From IMG/VR virus record IMGVR_UViG_3300026516_000178: a stretch of 64,000 nt of DNA, one strand, 5' to 3'. A program made the position numbers and the translations under genes. The notes under the pieces are model-generated. The model was not told the origin of the DNA, made no database searches, and saw only the letters and a program-made list of their open reading frames with translations. Position 1 is the first letter of the stretch; every line of letters begins with the position of its first letter. Positions 36,784 through 47,367 of the stretch are shown here, in pieces. The DNA is from a virus.

Positions 36784-36804
36784 GGCGATCCCCCTTCGCA
36801 GGTT

Positions 36805-39800
36805 CTATTGCAGCAGCCCCAGGTTCCTGAGGTCGCTCCACAGGGTGTAGACCACGTCGGCCAGCTCGGCCACGGTGGTGCTGTCGCAGTTGATGGCGCG
36901 ATCCGTCGAGCCGTTGCTGAAGGTGTAGGCGGCAGGGCGGCTAATGGGTGTTGCACTGTAAAAGCCCAGCAGGTTGCCCGTATGCCAGAAGGAGCTGCCG
37001 TAGGCCGAGAAGCCGGTGCAGCCAAAGCCCACATCGGCGGCCAGCGCTCCCGTCACCCGGAAGTCGCCGGCCAGCTCGACGATGCCCGGCTCGAACTGGT
37101 GGAAGTAGGTCGAGCCGATGTGGATCTTGTTGTTGGCGGCGTCCAACTGGAGGAGGCTGCTGCTGAGCTTGGTGCCGGACAGTGTCCACCCGCCGATCAC
37201 GCCGCTGGTGGCCGTCAGCGCGCCGGCCGGCGTGACCCTGAACGGCGCTGATCCGGGCGTATCGCTGCCCGCATAGAAGGGATAGGACGCCGGCTGCAGG
37301 CCCGCCCGGCTGGAACCTGATCCCGCGTACAGGTGGCCGCTGGCGATGGTCCAGCCCGCCATGCTGCCGGCGTTGGCGGTGACCGTGCCGGTCACGGTGG
37401 CGTTGGAGGCGGTCAGCGCGCCGGCCGGCGTCACCCGAAAGGGCGCGCTGGATGGGGTGTCGCTGCCCGCGTAGAAGGGGTAGGACGCTGGCTGCATCCC
37501 CGCGCGGGACGCGCTTGCGCCAGCATACAGGTGGCCGCTGGCAATCGTCCAACCGGCGATGCTGCCGGCGCTGTTGGCGGTCAGCGTGTCCGCGGTGATG
37601 TTGCCGGTGATCGTCGCCGTGGTGGCCCATAGCGCCCCGCTCTTGCTGACCCTGAACTCGGCATAGGCAGGCCGGTGGTCGCCGGCCCAGAAGGCGTAGC
37701 CGCCCGCGTCGTCGTAGGTCGCCAGGCCGATGCCGCGGTAGTTGGCTGGATCCTCCCAGTACAACTTGCTCGCTGCCAGAGTCCAGCCAGCGATGGTGCC
37801 GGCGCTGGCAGTGACCGTACCAGCGATATTGGCGTTGGTTGCAACCAAAAACCCGTTGGCGGAAACCCGAAAAGGCGCGGTTGACGGCGCTTCGCTTCCC
37901 GCATAGAAGGGATAAAGTGGCGGGTTGAGACCAACGCGGTTCGATCCCGATCCAGCATAGAGGTGGCCGCTGGCGATGGTCCAACCGCCGATACTGCCGG
38001 CGCTGGCGTTGACTGCGCCCGTGAAGTAGCCGTTGTCCGTCCACAACCCGTACCCCGCGGCGCCGCTGATTCCGGCCAAGTTACCCAGCCGCGCCCGCTC
38101 CGTGAGCGTCGTCCAGGGTGAACCAGCGTGGGTGGCGATGCTGATGTAGGGACTGTTGCTGGCGTCGGCGGTGATGCGCACCACGCCGTCGCCAGCCTGG
38201 CCGTAGTTGAGCACGGTTGCGCCGGTCGGAAAGGCGCCGTTGCCGAAGATGGAGCGCTGCTCGACAGCCAGCTGCCAGTAGGTGTCCATGTCGGTCTTGG
38301 CGGTCACGACGCCCCAGAAGTCGCCGGCCAGCGGCTCCTGCAGGCGGATCACGTCGTTCACCGCCCACAGACCGCCCGCGGCCGCGTGCGTCATGCCATC
38401 GGGGTCTTCGATGTCCAGCGTCCCAATCCCCTCCTTGGGCACCGTGAAGCTGTTGAGACTGCGGCCGGCGGCCTTGACCACCCAGATCGAGCCGTTGGTG
38501 GCCAACACGTAGCCGTACTGGATGGCGGTGGCGGCAAGCGCGCCGCGCACTGTGACGTTATTGAACTCGGCGTTGCCCGTCTCGCCTTCGATGCGAAAGC
38601 CCGACGTGCCCGAAGCGAAGTTGGTCGACTCGAAGCGCTTGTTGGCCCCGTCCAGATGCAGGCGGTAGCCCGACGCGCCCACGTAGAGGCTGCCCGTGAT
38701 GTTGCCGGCAGCAGCGTTGATGGTGCCGGTAATGGTAGCGCTGGTGGCCGTCAGCGAGCCGGACTGCGTGACACGAAACGGCGCGGCCGAGGGCGTTTCG
38801 CTGCCCGCATAGAAGGGATACGTAGCCGGTTGCAGGCCGGCGCGGCTTACGCCTGAGCCCGCATACAGATGGCCGCTGGCAATCGTCCAGCCCGCGATGT
38901 TGCCCGCCGTTGCCGTCATTGCTCCCGCCGGCGTCACCCGGAAGGGCGCCGTCGCCCGATTGGCGTAGGTTGCCCCTGCGTAGAAGGGATAGTCGTTGGG
39001 GGCCAAACCCGCGCTGGTGTTGCCTACGCCAGTGTCCTTGGCCAGATAGGTGCTGTTGAGAGTCCACCCGCCCAAGACGCCAGCAGTGGCGTTGATCTCT
39101 CCGCTCACATGCGCGTTGGTCAGCCATGCCTCGCCCGCCTGGTTGACCCGGAACGGCGCGCTGGCAGGCGTCGCGTGCCCCGCATAGATGCGCCAGGCAG
39201 CGTCTTCGCCGTCGATTACGGCCACGTTGTTGCCTGTGCCAGCCGTGAACTTGCCGGCATTGGTCAAGACCACCCCAGAGCCAATCGTGCCTCCGCCCAG
39301 CAATTCGAAGGCGCGCGCTCGAACGACGCCGTCGGTGGTGAACTCGCCATCGGCAAACTGGGCATAGCCCCCTTCGGTCACGGGGTTGCCCATGTGGACG
39401 TGCACGTTCTCGTCGCCGGTGCGCACCACGAACTGGCCGACGCCGGCCGCGTTGCGCGCGGCGATCAGCCCCTGGCCGTTCTCCTCGCCGATGCCCACCT
39501 GCGGGCCGGGCTGCGTGCCCGACCAGATCATGCCGCGGAACCGGCTTCCCAAAGGGGTCAGGGAAAGCACGCGCTGGCCGCCGGCGTAGAAGTCCACATC
39601 GCTGCCCACGGTTTGAATGTTGCCGCCGTTCGGGTGTCCCAGCCGGGCGTCGCCTGTCTGGTGATCGTCCTCGGCCACCGCCCACACGCGGAAGACATCC
39701 ACGCCCGCGTCATCGCTGACCGCGATATCTGCTCCACGCAGCGCCAGCCGATTGCGGTTGTAGTTGTAGGCGAGATAGCGGTCCCCCGTGTTCAGGCGGC

Positions 39801-40635
39801 CGACGGCGAAGCCGAAGTCGGTCTGGTTGTTACCCAGGATGCCATACAGGTTGCCGATGCGCACGATCTGCTCTGTCGCGCCGGCATCGATGTCGGTGTG
39901 CATGACAAAGCGCAGGTTGGGCGCGGCCGGCGAGTTCTCGCGCGCATCCACGCTGATAAAGCCGTTGTGGGTCAAGCCGTTGACCAGGGTAGCTGCGGCC
40001 CAGCCGGTCACGATACCGGGCGGGTTCATTCCCGTGCGACGCGTCACGGTGTAGCGGTAGCACAGCGCGCCGCGGTCGTCCACGGTGGCCAGCGGATTGC
40101 CCACCACCCGCATGGTCTCGACCTCACCCGTGGTGTTGCTCACCATCAGGCTTTCCTTGTCACGGAAGATACCGTGGCGGATGAGCACTTCCGTGTCGTC
40201 CGGCCCCAACGTCGCCACCAGGTGGCTGGCATGGGTCAGCACCGTGTGCCCGGTGCGCGCCACCGAGTCGGCGGCCTGCAGGTTGTCGATGGTCTGGCCC
40301 AAGACGCTGATGTCGTAGCTGTCGATGAGGACGCCTGGGGTTACGGCGAGGTTGCCGGTAAGTGGGACAGAACCATCCGCCAGCAGGGCGTTGTTGGCAA
40401 CTGCAGTGACGCTTGCAGGGGAAGATACCGTAGCTGAGCTGCGAACATCACTGGCAATTGTGTGAAGGACGACGTGTTGCCCGTTGACAACATCAACCAG
40501 AACAGATCCGCCCACGACCAGTGTGGACACATCGATCTGCCCGCTGACTTTGACGTTGCTAAGGACAGCCGCCGAGCCAGCCAGCTGTACGTCCACCGTC
40601 TGATCTCCCAGGCGCTTGATATACCCCTTGTTCAT
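36805..40635 (-). CDS. Tail fibre-like protein with seven internal repeats
   Basis: Repeated GWTI...FYAG..TP..APFRV..G.LTA units; GNAEFNNVTVRG motif; Gly/Ala/Thr rich. Confidence 0.8.
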   Translation of the reverse strand: MNKGYIKRLGDQTVDVQLAGSAAVLSNVKVSGQIDVSTLVVGGSVLVDVVNGQHVVLHTIASDVRSSATVSSPASVTAVANNALLADGSVPLTGNLAVTPGVLIDSYDISVLGQTIDNLQAADSVARTGHTVLTHASHLVATLGPDDTEVLIRHGIFRDKESLMVSNTTGEVETMRVVGNPLATVDDRGALCYRYTVTRRTGMNPPGIVTGWAAATLVNGLTHNGFISVDARENSPAAPNLRFVMHTDIDAGATEQIVRIGNLYGILGNNQTDFGFAVGRLNTGDRYLAYNYNRNRLALRGADIAVSDDAGVDVFRVWAVAEDDHQTGDARLGHPNGGNIQTVGSDVDFYAGGQRVLSLTPLGSRFRGMIWSGTQPGPQVGIGEENGQGLIAARNAAGVGQFVVRTGDENVHVHMGNPVTEGGYAQFADGEFTTDGVVRARAFELLGGGTIGSGVVLTNAGKFTAGTGNNVAVIDGEDAAWRIYAGHATPASAPFRVNQAGEAWLTNAHVSGEINATAGVLGGWTLNSTYLAKDTGVGNTSAGLAPNDYPFYAGATYANRATAPFRVTPAGAMTATAGNIAGWTIASGHLYAGSGVSRAGLQPATYPFYAGSETPSAAPFRVTQSGSLTATSATITGTINAAAGNITGSLYVGASGYRLHLDGANKRFESTNFASGTSGFRIEGETGNAEFNNVTVRGALAATAIQYGYVLATNGSIWVVKAAGRSLNSFTVPKEGIGTLDIEDPDGMTHAAAGGLWAVNDVIRLQEPLAGDFWGVVTAKTDMDTYWQLAVEQRSIFGNGAFPTGATVLNYGQAGDGVVRITADASNSPYISIATHAGSPWTTLTERARLGNLAGISGAAGYGLWTDNGYFTGAVNASAGSIGGWTIASGHLYAGSGSNRVGLNPPLYPFYAGSEAPSTAPFRVSANGFLVATNANIAGTVTASAGTIAGWTLAASKLYWEDPANYRGIGLATYDDAGGYAFWAGDHRPAYAEFRVSKSGALWATTATITGNITADTLTANSAGSIAGWTIASGHLYAGASASRAGMQPASYPFYAGSDTPSSAPFRVTPAGALTASNATVTGTVTANAGSMAGWTIASGHLYAGSGSSRAGLQPASYPFYAGSDTPGSAPFRVTPAGALTATSGVIGGWTLSGTKLSSSLLQLDAANNKIHIGSTYFHQFEPGIVELAGDFRVTGALAADVGFGCTGFSAYGSSFWHTGNLLGFYSATPISRPAAYTFSNGSTDRAINCDSTTVAELADVVYTLWSDLRNLGLLQ

Positions 40636-41177
40636 CACGACGTTTTTACCCCAATAGCAATCCAATTGAAGGCTTTGTTTTCCCACTGGGCTGCTTCAGC
40701 AGTGTAGACGGTGCAGCCTGAATGGGTCACATTCAGAACGTAAAGCGCCGTTGTTTCAGTGGGATGGCCGATACCAGCAGGCTGGTCGGCGTAGGTAGCC
40801 ACCACCGCAGGCGTGGTACCGGCGTTGAAGGGTGGATTGAACGTAATACTCCTTGAACTGCCAACAAGCGACGATCGACCACCCTGCACCATAGTACCCA
40901 CGGTTGCAGCGCCGCAGACGTAGGAGTTGGTCGGCAGGCCATGTTGTCCCTGGCTGGAGGCCACGTGGCTAGCCAGGTCGTTGTAGCTCTTGCTGCCCCC
41001 GGACGGTGGTGTACTGCCTGCCGCGCCGGTCACGTCCAGGTTGGCGAAGGGCAGGCGCGCGCCGTCCACACCGTCGTGCCTGTGACCTCCCGTCGGGTCC
41101 AGCACGTCGGCGCGCAGGTTGTTGATGTCGCCGGGTGTGTAGTCCTCTCCAGCCGCAATAGGTCTTGAACTTGCCAT
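40635..41177 (-). CDS. Small tail-fibre-associated protein
   Basis: GHRHDG motif; SITFNPPF...FNWIAIG C-terminal domain. Confidence 0.65.
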   Translation of the reverse strand: MASSRPIAAGEDYTPGDINNLRADVLDPTGGHRHDGVDGARLPFANLDVTGAAGSTPPSGGSKSYNDLASHVASSQGQHGLPTNSYVCGAATVGTMVQGGRSSLVGSSRSITFNPPFNAGTTPAVVATYADQPAGIGHPTETTALYVLNVTHSGCTVYTAEAAQWENKAFNWIAIGVKTS

Positions 41178-41246
41178 TCGTTCGCTGTCCCCTCTGGCTT
41201 ATTTGACAATTTGGGCCGTCCAATCAAATGGCCATCAAATGAAGCC

Positions 41247-41284
41247 TTGGGCAGCGCGTCAGGCGTCTCTGACGCGCTGCCCAA
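41247..41284 (-). terminator. Perfect 16-bp stem-loop after the lysin-like genes (terminator or processing stem; no clear U-tract)
   Basis: TTGGGCAGCGCGTCAG-N6-CTGACGCGCTGCCCAA. Confidence 0.5.
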
Positions 41285-41289
41285 CCCAC

Positions 41290-42024
41290 CTACTTGCGTG
41301 CTACATAGAGCACATTGCTCCAGTTGCCGGCCTTGCAGTAGTAGACCCGCACTTCGCCGCTGCCCATGTGCTCAGCCCGTTGGGCAACGTAGCACGCGCC
41401 GTCGTACTCCACCGCGAACTCACCCGAATTGGGCACGAAGCCGGCTGCGAAGATCGCCTTCTGCAGGGCAGCGCCTGGGTTGAACTGGATCACCTGCTTC
41501 TGGTCGGCAGTCCTGACAAGCAACTCGTCCAAGGTGGCGGCCGGCGGCAAGTCCTCGCCGATCTGGAAGGTCAGGAACAGCGGGCCCTCATGCACCGTAC
41601 CGCCCAACATGCCGAGACCGCTGATGCCATCGCTGGCCAGCGACGGGCTGAGCACCCAGACCACGTGCGGCCCGCCCTCTTGCAGGTTGCCGATGTAGGA
41701 ACCGGTTCCCAGGCCAAAGCCGGTGAAGCCCGCGCTGTCGGTGGGCTGGTAAACAGCACGATCGCGCCAGAGCGTCTTGAGGCCCGCGTTGCGCAGGTCG
41801 GGCAGGCTGTTGTCAGGCCAGTGATTGGCCACCGGTTGGCCAGCCTGGGGCAAGCCCTGCTCGTTCAGCACCCGCACCTTGATGACCGCGGGACCTTCGG
41901 TCTCGTCCACGCGCGCCAGCTTGAACTTCTTGCCAGCGCCTGCGTCGAGGAACTGCACGTTGCCATACTTCTGGCGCAGCCAGGCCATGTCCCGCTGCAC
42001 CCCGTTCTTGTCGAATACGTCCAT
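41290..42024 (-). CDS. Hypothetical envelope/lysis-associated protein sharing a C-terminal domain with the endolysin
   Basis: C-terminal NPGAALQKAIFAAGFVPNSGE resembles NPASAIEVAMRQAGYTPIGNE. Confidence 0.55.
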   Translation of the reverse strand: MDVFDKNGVQRDMAWLRQKYGNVQFLDAGAGKKFKLARVDETEGPAVIKVRVLNEQGLPQAGQPVANHWPDNSLPDLRNAGLKTLWRDRAVYQPTDSAGFTGFGLGTGSYIGNLQEGGPHVVWVLSPSLASDGISGLGMLGGTVHEGPLFLTFQIGEDLPPAATLDELLVRTADQKQVIQFNPGAALQKAIFAAGFVPNSGEFAVEYDGACYVAQRAEHMGSGEVRVYYCKAGNWSNVLYVARK

Positions 42025-42032
42025 GCTACCCC

Positions 42033-43682
42033 CTATGGTTTGTTGACTTGCCTGACGGCCCACTGCCCGTCAGGGGTGAGGTTGGTGGCAAAGAATGCGG
42101 CCTCATGGCCGTCAGTAGGACGATACCCCAATTGAGCCACCCCCAGCCACGTGCTCCCCGAGCGCACATCGGTCTCGTTGCCGATGGGCGTATAGCCCGC
42201 CTGGCGCATGGCGACCTCGATGGCCGATGCAGGGTTGGGCGAGATGGCCTGCGCGGTCTTGGCGACCGCCCAGATCAGCGAGCTGCTGGCGTCGGGACTG
42301 TTCAGCCAGGGCAGAACAGCAGCCAGCTTGTCGCCAGGGCATGAGGTCTGGTTGCCCGGCACATCGCGGTGGCCCACCACCGGCAAGGGCGTCGCAGTCC
42401 ACGTAGCCCAGCGCCTCGCCACCTGAACGACCCGGCGCAGCACGTCCACTTCCTCGACGGTCGGTTCTTCACGGACGAAGCTGCCGGCAAGGCAGACGGC
42501 GAGGCCGCGGTCATTGCCGACGGTGTGGGCGTGGTAGCTGCGCGTCCGCGGGTCGTTGAGCAGTGAGACCATCACCTTGCCACCAAATGAGCGCACGCCG
42601 ATGTGATAGCCGATCCCCGGCCAGCCGTTGCTGTTGACGTGGTATTGCGCCACGCTCTGCCACGTTGCCGCCTTCGATGCCTCGGTGTGGTGCAGAACAA
42701 TGCGGTCGATGGCTGAAAGCGCCCGCTCGTGATAGACCAGTGTCGCATGGCGAGGCAGCGACCTGGATAGGTCCTCGTAGTCGGCGCCGAACTCTGCCCT
42801 GAGCAGTTCTCCCAGCGGGGGCGGCGCGCTGGGTGCGGTCGGCTCATACGAGCCACCCCGCGCTTGAATGTGTGCATTGATCATGTCGTTCATCTCCCTG
42901 TCCACTTCGAAGTCCTCCCAGCCCATGGGGCCGGCCGTGAAAATGCTGGCCGTCAGCACGTAGGGGTCCTTTGCCAGCTCGGCGTCAAACATGGCCAACT
43001 GCTCCATGTAGTGCGCCCGATCCCGGCAGAACGTCTTCCAACCGCGCTTGGGTCTGGCTACGACGCCCCCGTCCACGCCGCACTCCGTGATGAGCAAGGG
43101 CGGAAGACGGATGCCTGCCTCGGCCGCATAGCGCACGTTCATGCGATAGCGAAAGGCGTGCCAGTCGTTCATGCCGCTTTCCGGGTGCGGATAGTCCAGC
43201 ACCCAGTAGCAGTGCTGGGACCAGTAGTCGCAGTGCGCCAATCCGGCCGCAATGACCTGGAAACAAGCCCTGCGCTGCGCCTCGTCGCCGCCCGGATTGC
43301 CCTCGCTCAGGTTGCCGCCCACAAGCTGCAACCCGGCGCCGTGCATCAGCTCGGCCAGGCGGATCGTGAACTCGCTCAGCTGGCGGCAGAACGCCAGATC
43401 GGCTACCGGCTGCGGCTCGTTGGGACCTTCCCAGATGCGGATATATGGCGCGCGGGCGAACGTTGACTGGCAGAAGCGGAACCAGGCTTCAGCGCCAGCC
43501 GCGCCGCGCCCGACCAAGGTGTTGCTGTCGTTATCCGGCATGTACACCCTACCGATGATCTGCTTGCCCGGCCAACGGTTCGCGCCGGGCGGATCCATGA
43601 CTTTGATCCAGCGCGCGCCGCTGCCGTTGCCATCAGCCCAGTTAGGGTGGGCCTGCAAGTGAAGTGAGAGTTTGCTTGGCAC
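42033..43682 (-). CDS. Endolysin-like protein: clan-GH-A-like domain plus N-acetylmuramoyl-L-alanine amidase (Amidase_2)
   Basis: WEGPNEP and LLITECG; IVLHHT, GIGYH, YHA, VGHRD, TSCPG; AGGAGGAG RBS. Confidence 0.8.
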   Translation of the reverse strand: MPSKLSLHLQAHPNWADGNGSGARWIKVMDPPGANRWPGKQIIGRVYMPDNDSNTLVGRGAAGAEAWFRFCQSTFARAPYIRIWEGPNEPQPVADLAFCRQLSEFTIRLAELMHGAGLQLVGGNLSEGNPGGDEAQRRACFQVIAAGLAHCDYWSQHCYWVLDYPHPESGMNDWHAFRYRMNVRYAAEAGIRLPPLLITECGVDGGVVARPKRGWKTFCRDRAHYMEQLAMFDAELAKDPYVLTASIFTAGPMGWEDFEVDREMNDMINAHIQARGGSYEPTAPSAPPPLGELLRAEFGADYEDLSRSLPRHATLVYHERALSAIDRIVLHHTEASKAATWQSVAQYHVNSNGWPGIGYHIGVRSFGGKVMVSLLNDPRTRSYHAHTVGNDRGLAVCLAGSFVREEPTVEEVDVLRRVVQVARRWATWTATPLPVVGHRDVPGNQTSCPGDKLAAVLPWLNSPDASSSLIWAVAKTAQAISPNPASAIEVAMRQAGYTPIGNETDVRSGSTWLGVAQLGYRPTDGHEAAFFATNLTPDGQWAVRQVNKP

Positions 43683-43716
43683 GATACTCCTCCTCTATCC
43701 CTCTGCTATCCGTCTG

Positions 43717-46700
43717 CTATCCCTCGGCCGGCCGATCGATCCCCGGCCGGATCGGCCACGTGGCGACCACGAGGTCATCAGGCAGCGCCTGCACCGTCAC
43801 TTTCATGTCCAGCAGGGCCGGCTCGCCGACCACCTCGATGCTGCGCACCAGGTAGCGGCCGGCCGGGATGCCGCGGATATGAGCGATGGACACCTGGTCG
43901 CCCACTTCGACGCGCGGATCGAAGGGACCGCGCAAGACCCTCAGGTCCTTGAGCGCCCACAGCTTTCGCAAGCGCCGCATGGCCCGGTGGCGCAGCGTGG
44001 TGCGGTCATAGATGTGCGGCGTCTGCCACTCAGTCCAGCGCAGACGGTCCGCGTCCGGCTCCATCACCAGCACCCACTCCTCCGCGCCCCAGGCGATCAT
44101 AGCCGAGGCCCACTCCTGATCAGCCGCCGCGCGCTGGTAGAAGACGAAGTATTGGCCGCTCAGCTCGCCCAGGTCGTCCCGCTTCTCCAACAGCGTCACC
44201 TGCACTGCGCCGTTGGACCGCTCGCGCAAGTATGCATCCCGGCCCTCCAGCAGGCGTTGCAGCACATCGCGCGCCGACTCCTTCATGCCCCACACCACCC
44301 CCTCGGCCGGCTCGAACAGCTCCTGAGCCACCAGGTTGGTCACGCCGCCGTCGCAGGCCACCGCGCCCACCCGGCTGCTGGTCTTGCCCGGAATGTGAAA
44401 GGCGACGATCAGCCGGCCATCGACCCAGAAAAAGATCGAGTTGGTCTCGACCCGGAAGCGGCACAAACCTGCCGCAGGGATCGAGATGGGATAGCGCATG
44501 ATCTCACCGCCGGCAATGTCCGAGACCACCGCCTCGGCAGCGCTGATCTGCACCTTGATCCCGGTCTGCGGCGGGTTCGGGGCGTCCGTCCAAAAGGACA
44601 TGGAGAACGGAACAGCGTAGCCGATGCCGTTTAGCACCCAGCCGTGGCCGTGCAGCTCAGGGAAGACCCGGTTGCCCGGCGCCGAGTTGTTGACCAGCAC
44701 CGACGGCTCGAACGGCACCCCTGCCATGGTGATGATGTGCGAGCAAGCTGCCGACACGCTCAAGGGCAGCCCGTCCTGGAAGATGCTGAAGCGGTCGGCC
44801 TCGAAGCGCTGGCCGGCCACCGTCACCGGGCTCTTCTCGGGATGGCTGGCGCGCGTGCTGCGCACGCCGCGAATCAGCGAATAGGCCTGGCCCGTGCCGA
44901 ACTGGGCGCTCGTTTTGCTGCCGTAGGCGATGATCTCGCCGTTGACCTTGATCTCGCCTGCCGCCGGAAACCCGGTGGTCCTGTCCACATCGACCTTGTG
45001 CGTCGCCTCCAGGCTCAGCGCCTGCGTTGTCTTGGCGCTGGGCAGGACACAGAACAGCCCGGCATACCAGCGCAGCGGCTCGGGGTCAGTCCAGTTGGCG
45101 AAGTCGACGACCTGCTGCCACGCGCCGCCGGCCGTGCGCACAAAGACCTGAATCGTTGCCCGCTTGTAGGTCAGCAGGATGTCATACCACGTGCCCGCCT
45201 GCAGGCCCCCAGCGACCGTCGCGCTGGCCAGGATGGTCTCGACGCCGGCCTTGTAGCGGCGCAGCGACGCCTGGCCCCCCGACAACTGGAAGCGGTGATA
45301 GTCCTGCGGCCCCTCATACCAGAAGACCACCCCGCCGGCCGCGCCGTCCAGCGTCTTGATCACGCGCACCAGCGCGCTGATCTGGAACTGGCCGCCGTAT
45401 TGGACGCCCACGGTTGCCACTGCCTCGCTGCCCTCGTGGCGCTCACAGTAAGCGACCCCGGCTGTCTCGTGGCTCCACGTGCCGGCGCGCGCGTAGAGGT
45501 TGCCCACCGTGAAGTCCGCGTGGTAGGCGTCAGTGCCCGAGAAGGTCTGATCCATGGGCGCATGGGCTGCGATCAGCCGCTTGAGCGGCCCGCGACAGAC
45601 CATCTCCATCGTCTGCTTGTCCGATTCGATCGCGTTGCCCGGTGTGTCCAGGGTCAGGGTGGCGATAGGGATGGCGGCTTCGCCCACCAGGCCAATCCCG
45701 TAGATCAGCTCGTTGCCGTGCGTCAACAGGCTTTTGTCGAAGCTGTCCGGGATCAGGAGCGGCAGCTTGGCGTCGCTGGCTTTGTCCAAATCCTGGATCA
45801 AGTTGTGGCCCAGGACGTTGCCCGCTACGGCAGTCTGCACGCCGGCGCTGCCCCCCAGCCAGGCGACCGCATCGCCCACATAGCTGAGGCTGGCGCCGAC
45901 CACGTAGGCCGTGTCGCCGATGGTGTGCAGCTTGCCGCGGCAGGCCATCTGCCCGATGTATCCCTCCTCCGGCATGGCCCAGTGGACGTAGTTGTCGCTC
46001 CAGAGCAGATGATAGTACGACACCTCGTAGTCGTCGCCGGAGCCGGCAAAGCGCGACCAGGCTGTAGCTACCGCCCGCTCGCCGATCCTGGTCAGCTTGC
46101 AGATGCGGGTCTGCGCGCCGCCGAACTCGGCGTCGAAGGCCACGATGGGCCACGGGTCGCGGAACCCGCTTGCGGTGTAGATGGTGGCATACTGCACCCC
46201 GTTGACGTTGAACGTGACCAGGCTTTGCTGGCCGGCAATGGGCACTGCGTCGAACCAGTGGCAATTGAGCGGGTGTTGCTGATAGCGCATCGGCATCGTG
46301 AAGCTCGACCACGTGCTACCCTGAAAGCGATGCAACGTCACAGCATGGCTGGTCGGGCTGTAGCTGATGACGAAGCCCTCGTTGTGCCAGGTGGGCGCAA
46401 TCGCGATGCCGTCGCCGCTGAAGACAGGCGAGTTGCCATACTGGTAGGTGCCGGCAAAGCCCGAGCCCGCGGTGTAGTCCCGGTACATCAGCCTGCCATC
46501 CGATCCCCGCACGAAGAACAACCGGGCGCTGTTGGGAGTGCTGTGCTGCGCCAGGGCGATGCCCGACCAGGGCTTGGGCGGGCTGGTCAGGCTGATCGTG
46601 TTACAGGTGGTGAGCTGGCTGGCGCTGCTGATCTCCTGCCACCACAGGTCCGTCCCCTGGTTGCCCGCAGCCAGCGATGTGACGCGCAGGATGTTGCCGT

Positions 46701-46944
46701 TGGCCAGCGTCACCGAGTCGCCGGCCACCACGAAGCCGCCGTAGCGAAAGCGCGTGGGCAGGTTGCGCTCGCGCGCCTCGCGCACCGTGCCCGGCGAGTC
46801 GCCCCAGTCCTCGCCCAGACCAGGCAGCGCGTAGACGGTATTGCCGTTGCGCCAGCGGAAGTTGGGGTAGCGCTGGCGCACGGTAAGCGCCACGTAGGGT
46901 TTGCTGGTGTAGGGGTTGCCCACCCACATCGACGTATCGCGCAT
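43717..46944 (-). CDS. Large tail tip / baseplate hub-like protein
   Basis: Position after tape measure and Dit-like gene; C-terminal DPRVEVGDQV...YLVRSIE hub-like motif; TGATG coupling supports the 46944 start. Confidence 0.7.
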   Translation of the reverse strand: MRDTSMWVGNPYTSKPYVALTVRQRYPNFRWRNGNTVYALPGLGEDWGDSPGTVREARERNLPTRFRYGGFVVAGDSVTLANGNILRVTSLAAGNQGTDLWWQEISSASQLTTCNTISLTSPPKPWSGIALAQHSTPNSARLFFVRGSDGRLMYRDYTAGSGFAGTYQYGNSPVFSGDGIAIAPTWHNEGFVISYSPTSHAVTLHRFQGSTWSSFTMPMRYQQHPLNCHWFDAVPIAGQQSLVTFNVNGVQYATIYTASGFRDPWPIVAFDAEFGGAQTRICKLTRIGERAVATAWSRFAGSGDDYEVSYYHLLWSDNYVHWAMPEEGYIGQMACRGKLHTIGDTAYVVGASLSYVGDAVAWLGGSAGVQTAVAGNVLGHNLIQDLDKASDAKLPLLIPDSFDKSLLTHGNELIYGIGLVGEAAIPIATLTLDTPGNAIESDKQTMEMVCRGPLKRLIAAHAPMDQTFSGTDAYHADFTVGNLYARAGTWSHETAGVAYCERHEGSEAVATVGVQYGGQFQISALVRVIKTLDGAAGGVVFWYEGPQDYHRFQLSGGQASLRRYKAGVETILASATVAGGLQAGTWYDILLTYKRATIQVFVRTAGGAWQQVVDFANWTDPEPLRWYAGLFCVLPSAKTTQALSLEATHKVDVDRTTGFPAAGEIKVNGEIIAYGSKTSAQFGTGQAYSLIRGVRSTRASHPEKSPVTVAGQRFEADRFSIFQDGLPLSVSAACSHIITMAGVPFEPSVLVNNSAPGNRVFPELHGHGWVLNGIGYAVPFSMSFWTDAPNPPQTGIKVQISAAEAVVSDIAGGEIMRYPISIPAAGLCRFRVETNSIFFWVDGRLIVAFHIPGKTSSRVGAVACDGGVTNLVAQELFEPAEGVVWGMKESARDVLQRLLEGRDAYLRERSNGAVQVTLLEKRDDLGELSGQYFVFYQRAAADQEWASAMIAWGAEEWVLVMEPDADRLRWTEWQTPHIYDRTTLRHRAMRRLRKLWALKDLRVLRGPFDPRVEVGDQVSIAHIRGIPAGRYLVRSIEVVGEPALLDMKVTVQALPDDLVVATWPIRPGIDRPAEG

Positions 46945-47351
46945 CAGGAAAGCACCTTGGTCCATTCGATGGCGACCACGTAGCCCGGCTCCGGCCGCGG
47001 CGCGTCGCCCACGTGGCGGATCTCGGCCAGGTCCAGGATGGTAATGTCGAAGGTTCCCGATCCCCACCTGCCTGGGTCGTCGGTGATGTGATCGGTGTAC
47101 GACACCGAGGGCTTGAGGACAGCAACCTCCAGATCGGCCAGACTCCCGAACGGCGAGTAGGCTTCTGGGGCGTAGGGTATCCACAAGATAGCCTTGACCG
47201 GGCGATTCGCAGCACCCGGCCCCATCGAGACGATGGTGTTGCCCAACACGCCGCTGCGCACGGTCTTGGGCGGCTTGCTGCCGCGCACGTAGCCGCCCGC
47301 CAGCACCTTGTAGTCCCTGCCGTCGATGGTGATCTTGTTGCTGATGGTCAT
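46944..47351 (-). CDS. Putative distal tail protein
   Basis: Size and position between tape measure and hub; synteny only. Confidence 0.5.
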   Translation of the reverse strand: MTISNKITIDGRDYKVLAGGYVRGSKPPKTVRSGVLGNTIVSMGPGAANRPVKAILWIPYAPEAYSPFGSLADLEVAVLKPSVSYTDHITDDPGRWGSGTFDITILDLAEIRHVGDAPRPEPGYVVAIEWTKVLS

Positions 47352-47367
47352 CCGTCATCTTCCCCTT

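Noticed and set aside
36805..41177. Diversity-generating retroelement targeting tail fibres
   Set aside because: No reverse transcriptase and no adenine-specific TR/VR pair seen; the repeats are in-frame protein repeats
41698..41709. GGAACCGGTTCC as another member of the palindrome family
   Set aside because: Spacer is one base short, outer C/G arms are absent, and Gly-Thr-Gly-Ser codons explain it
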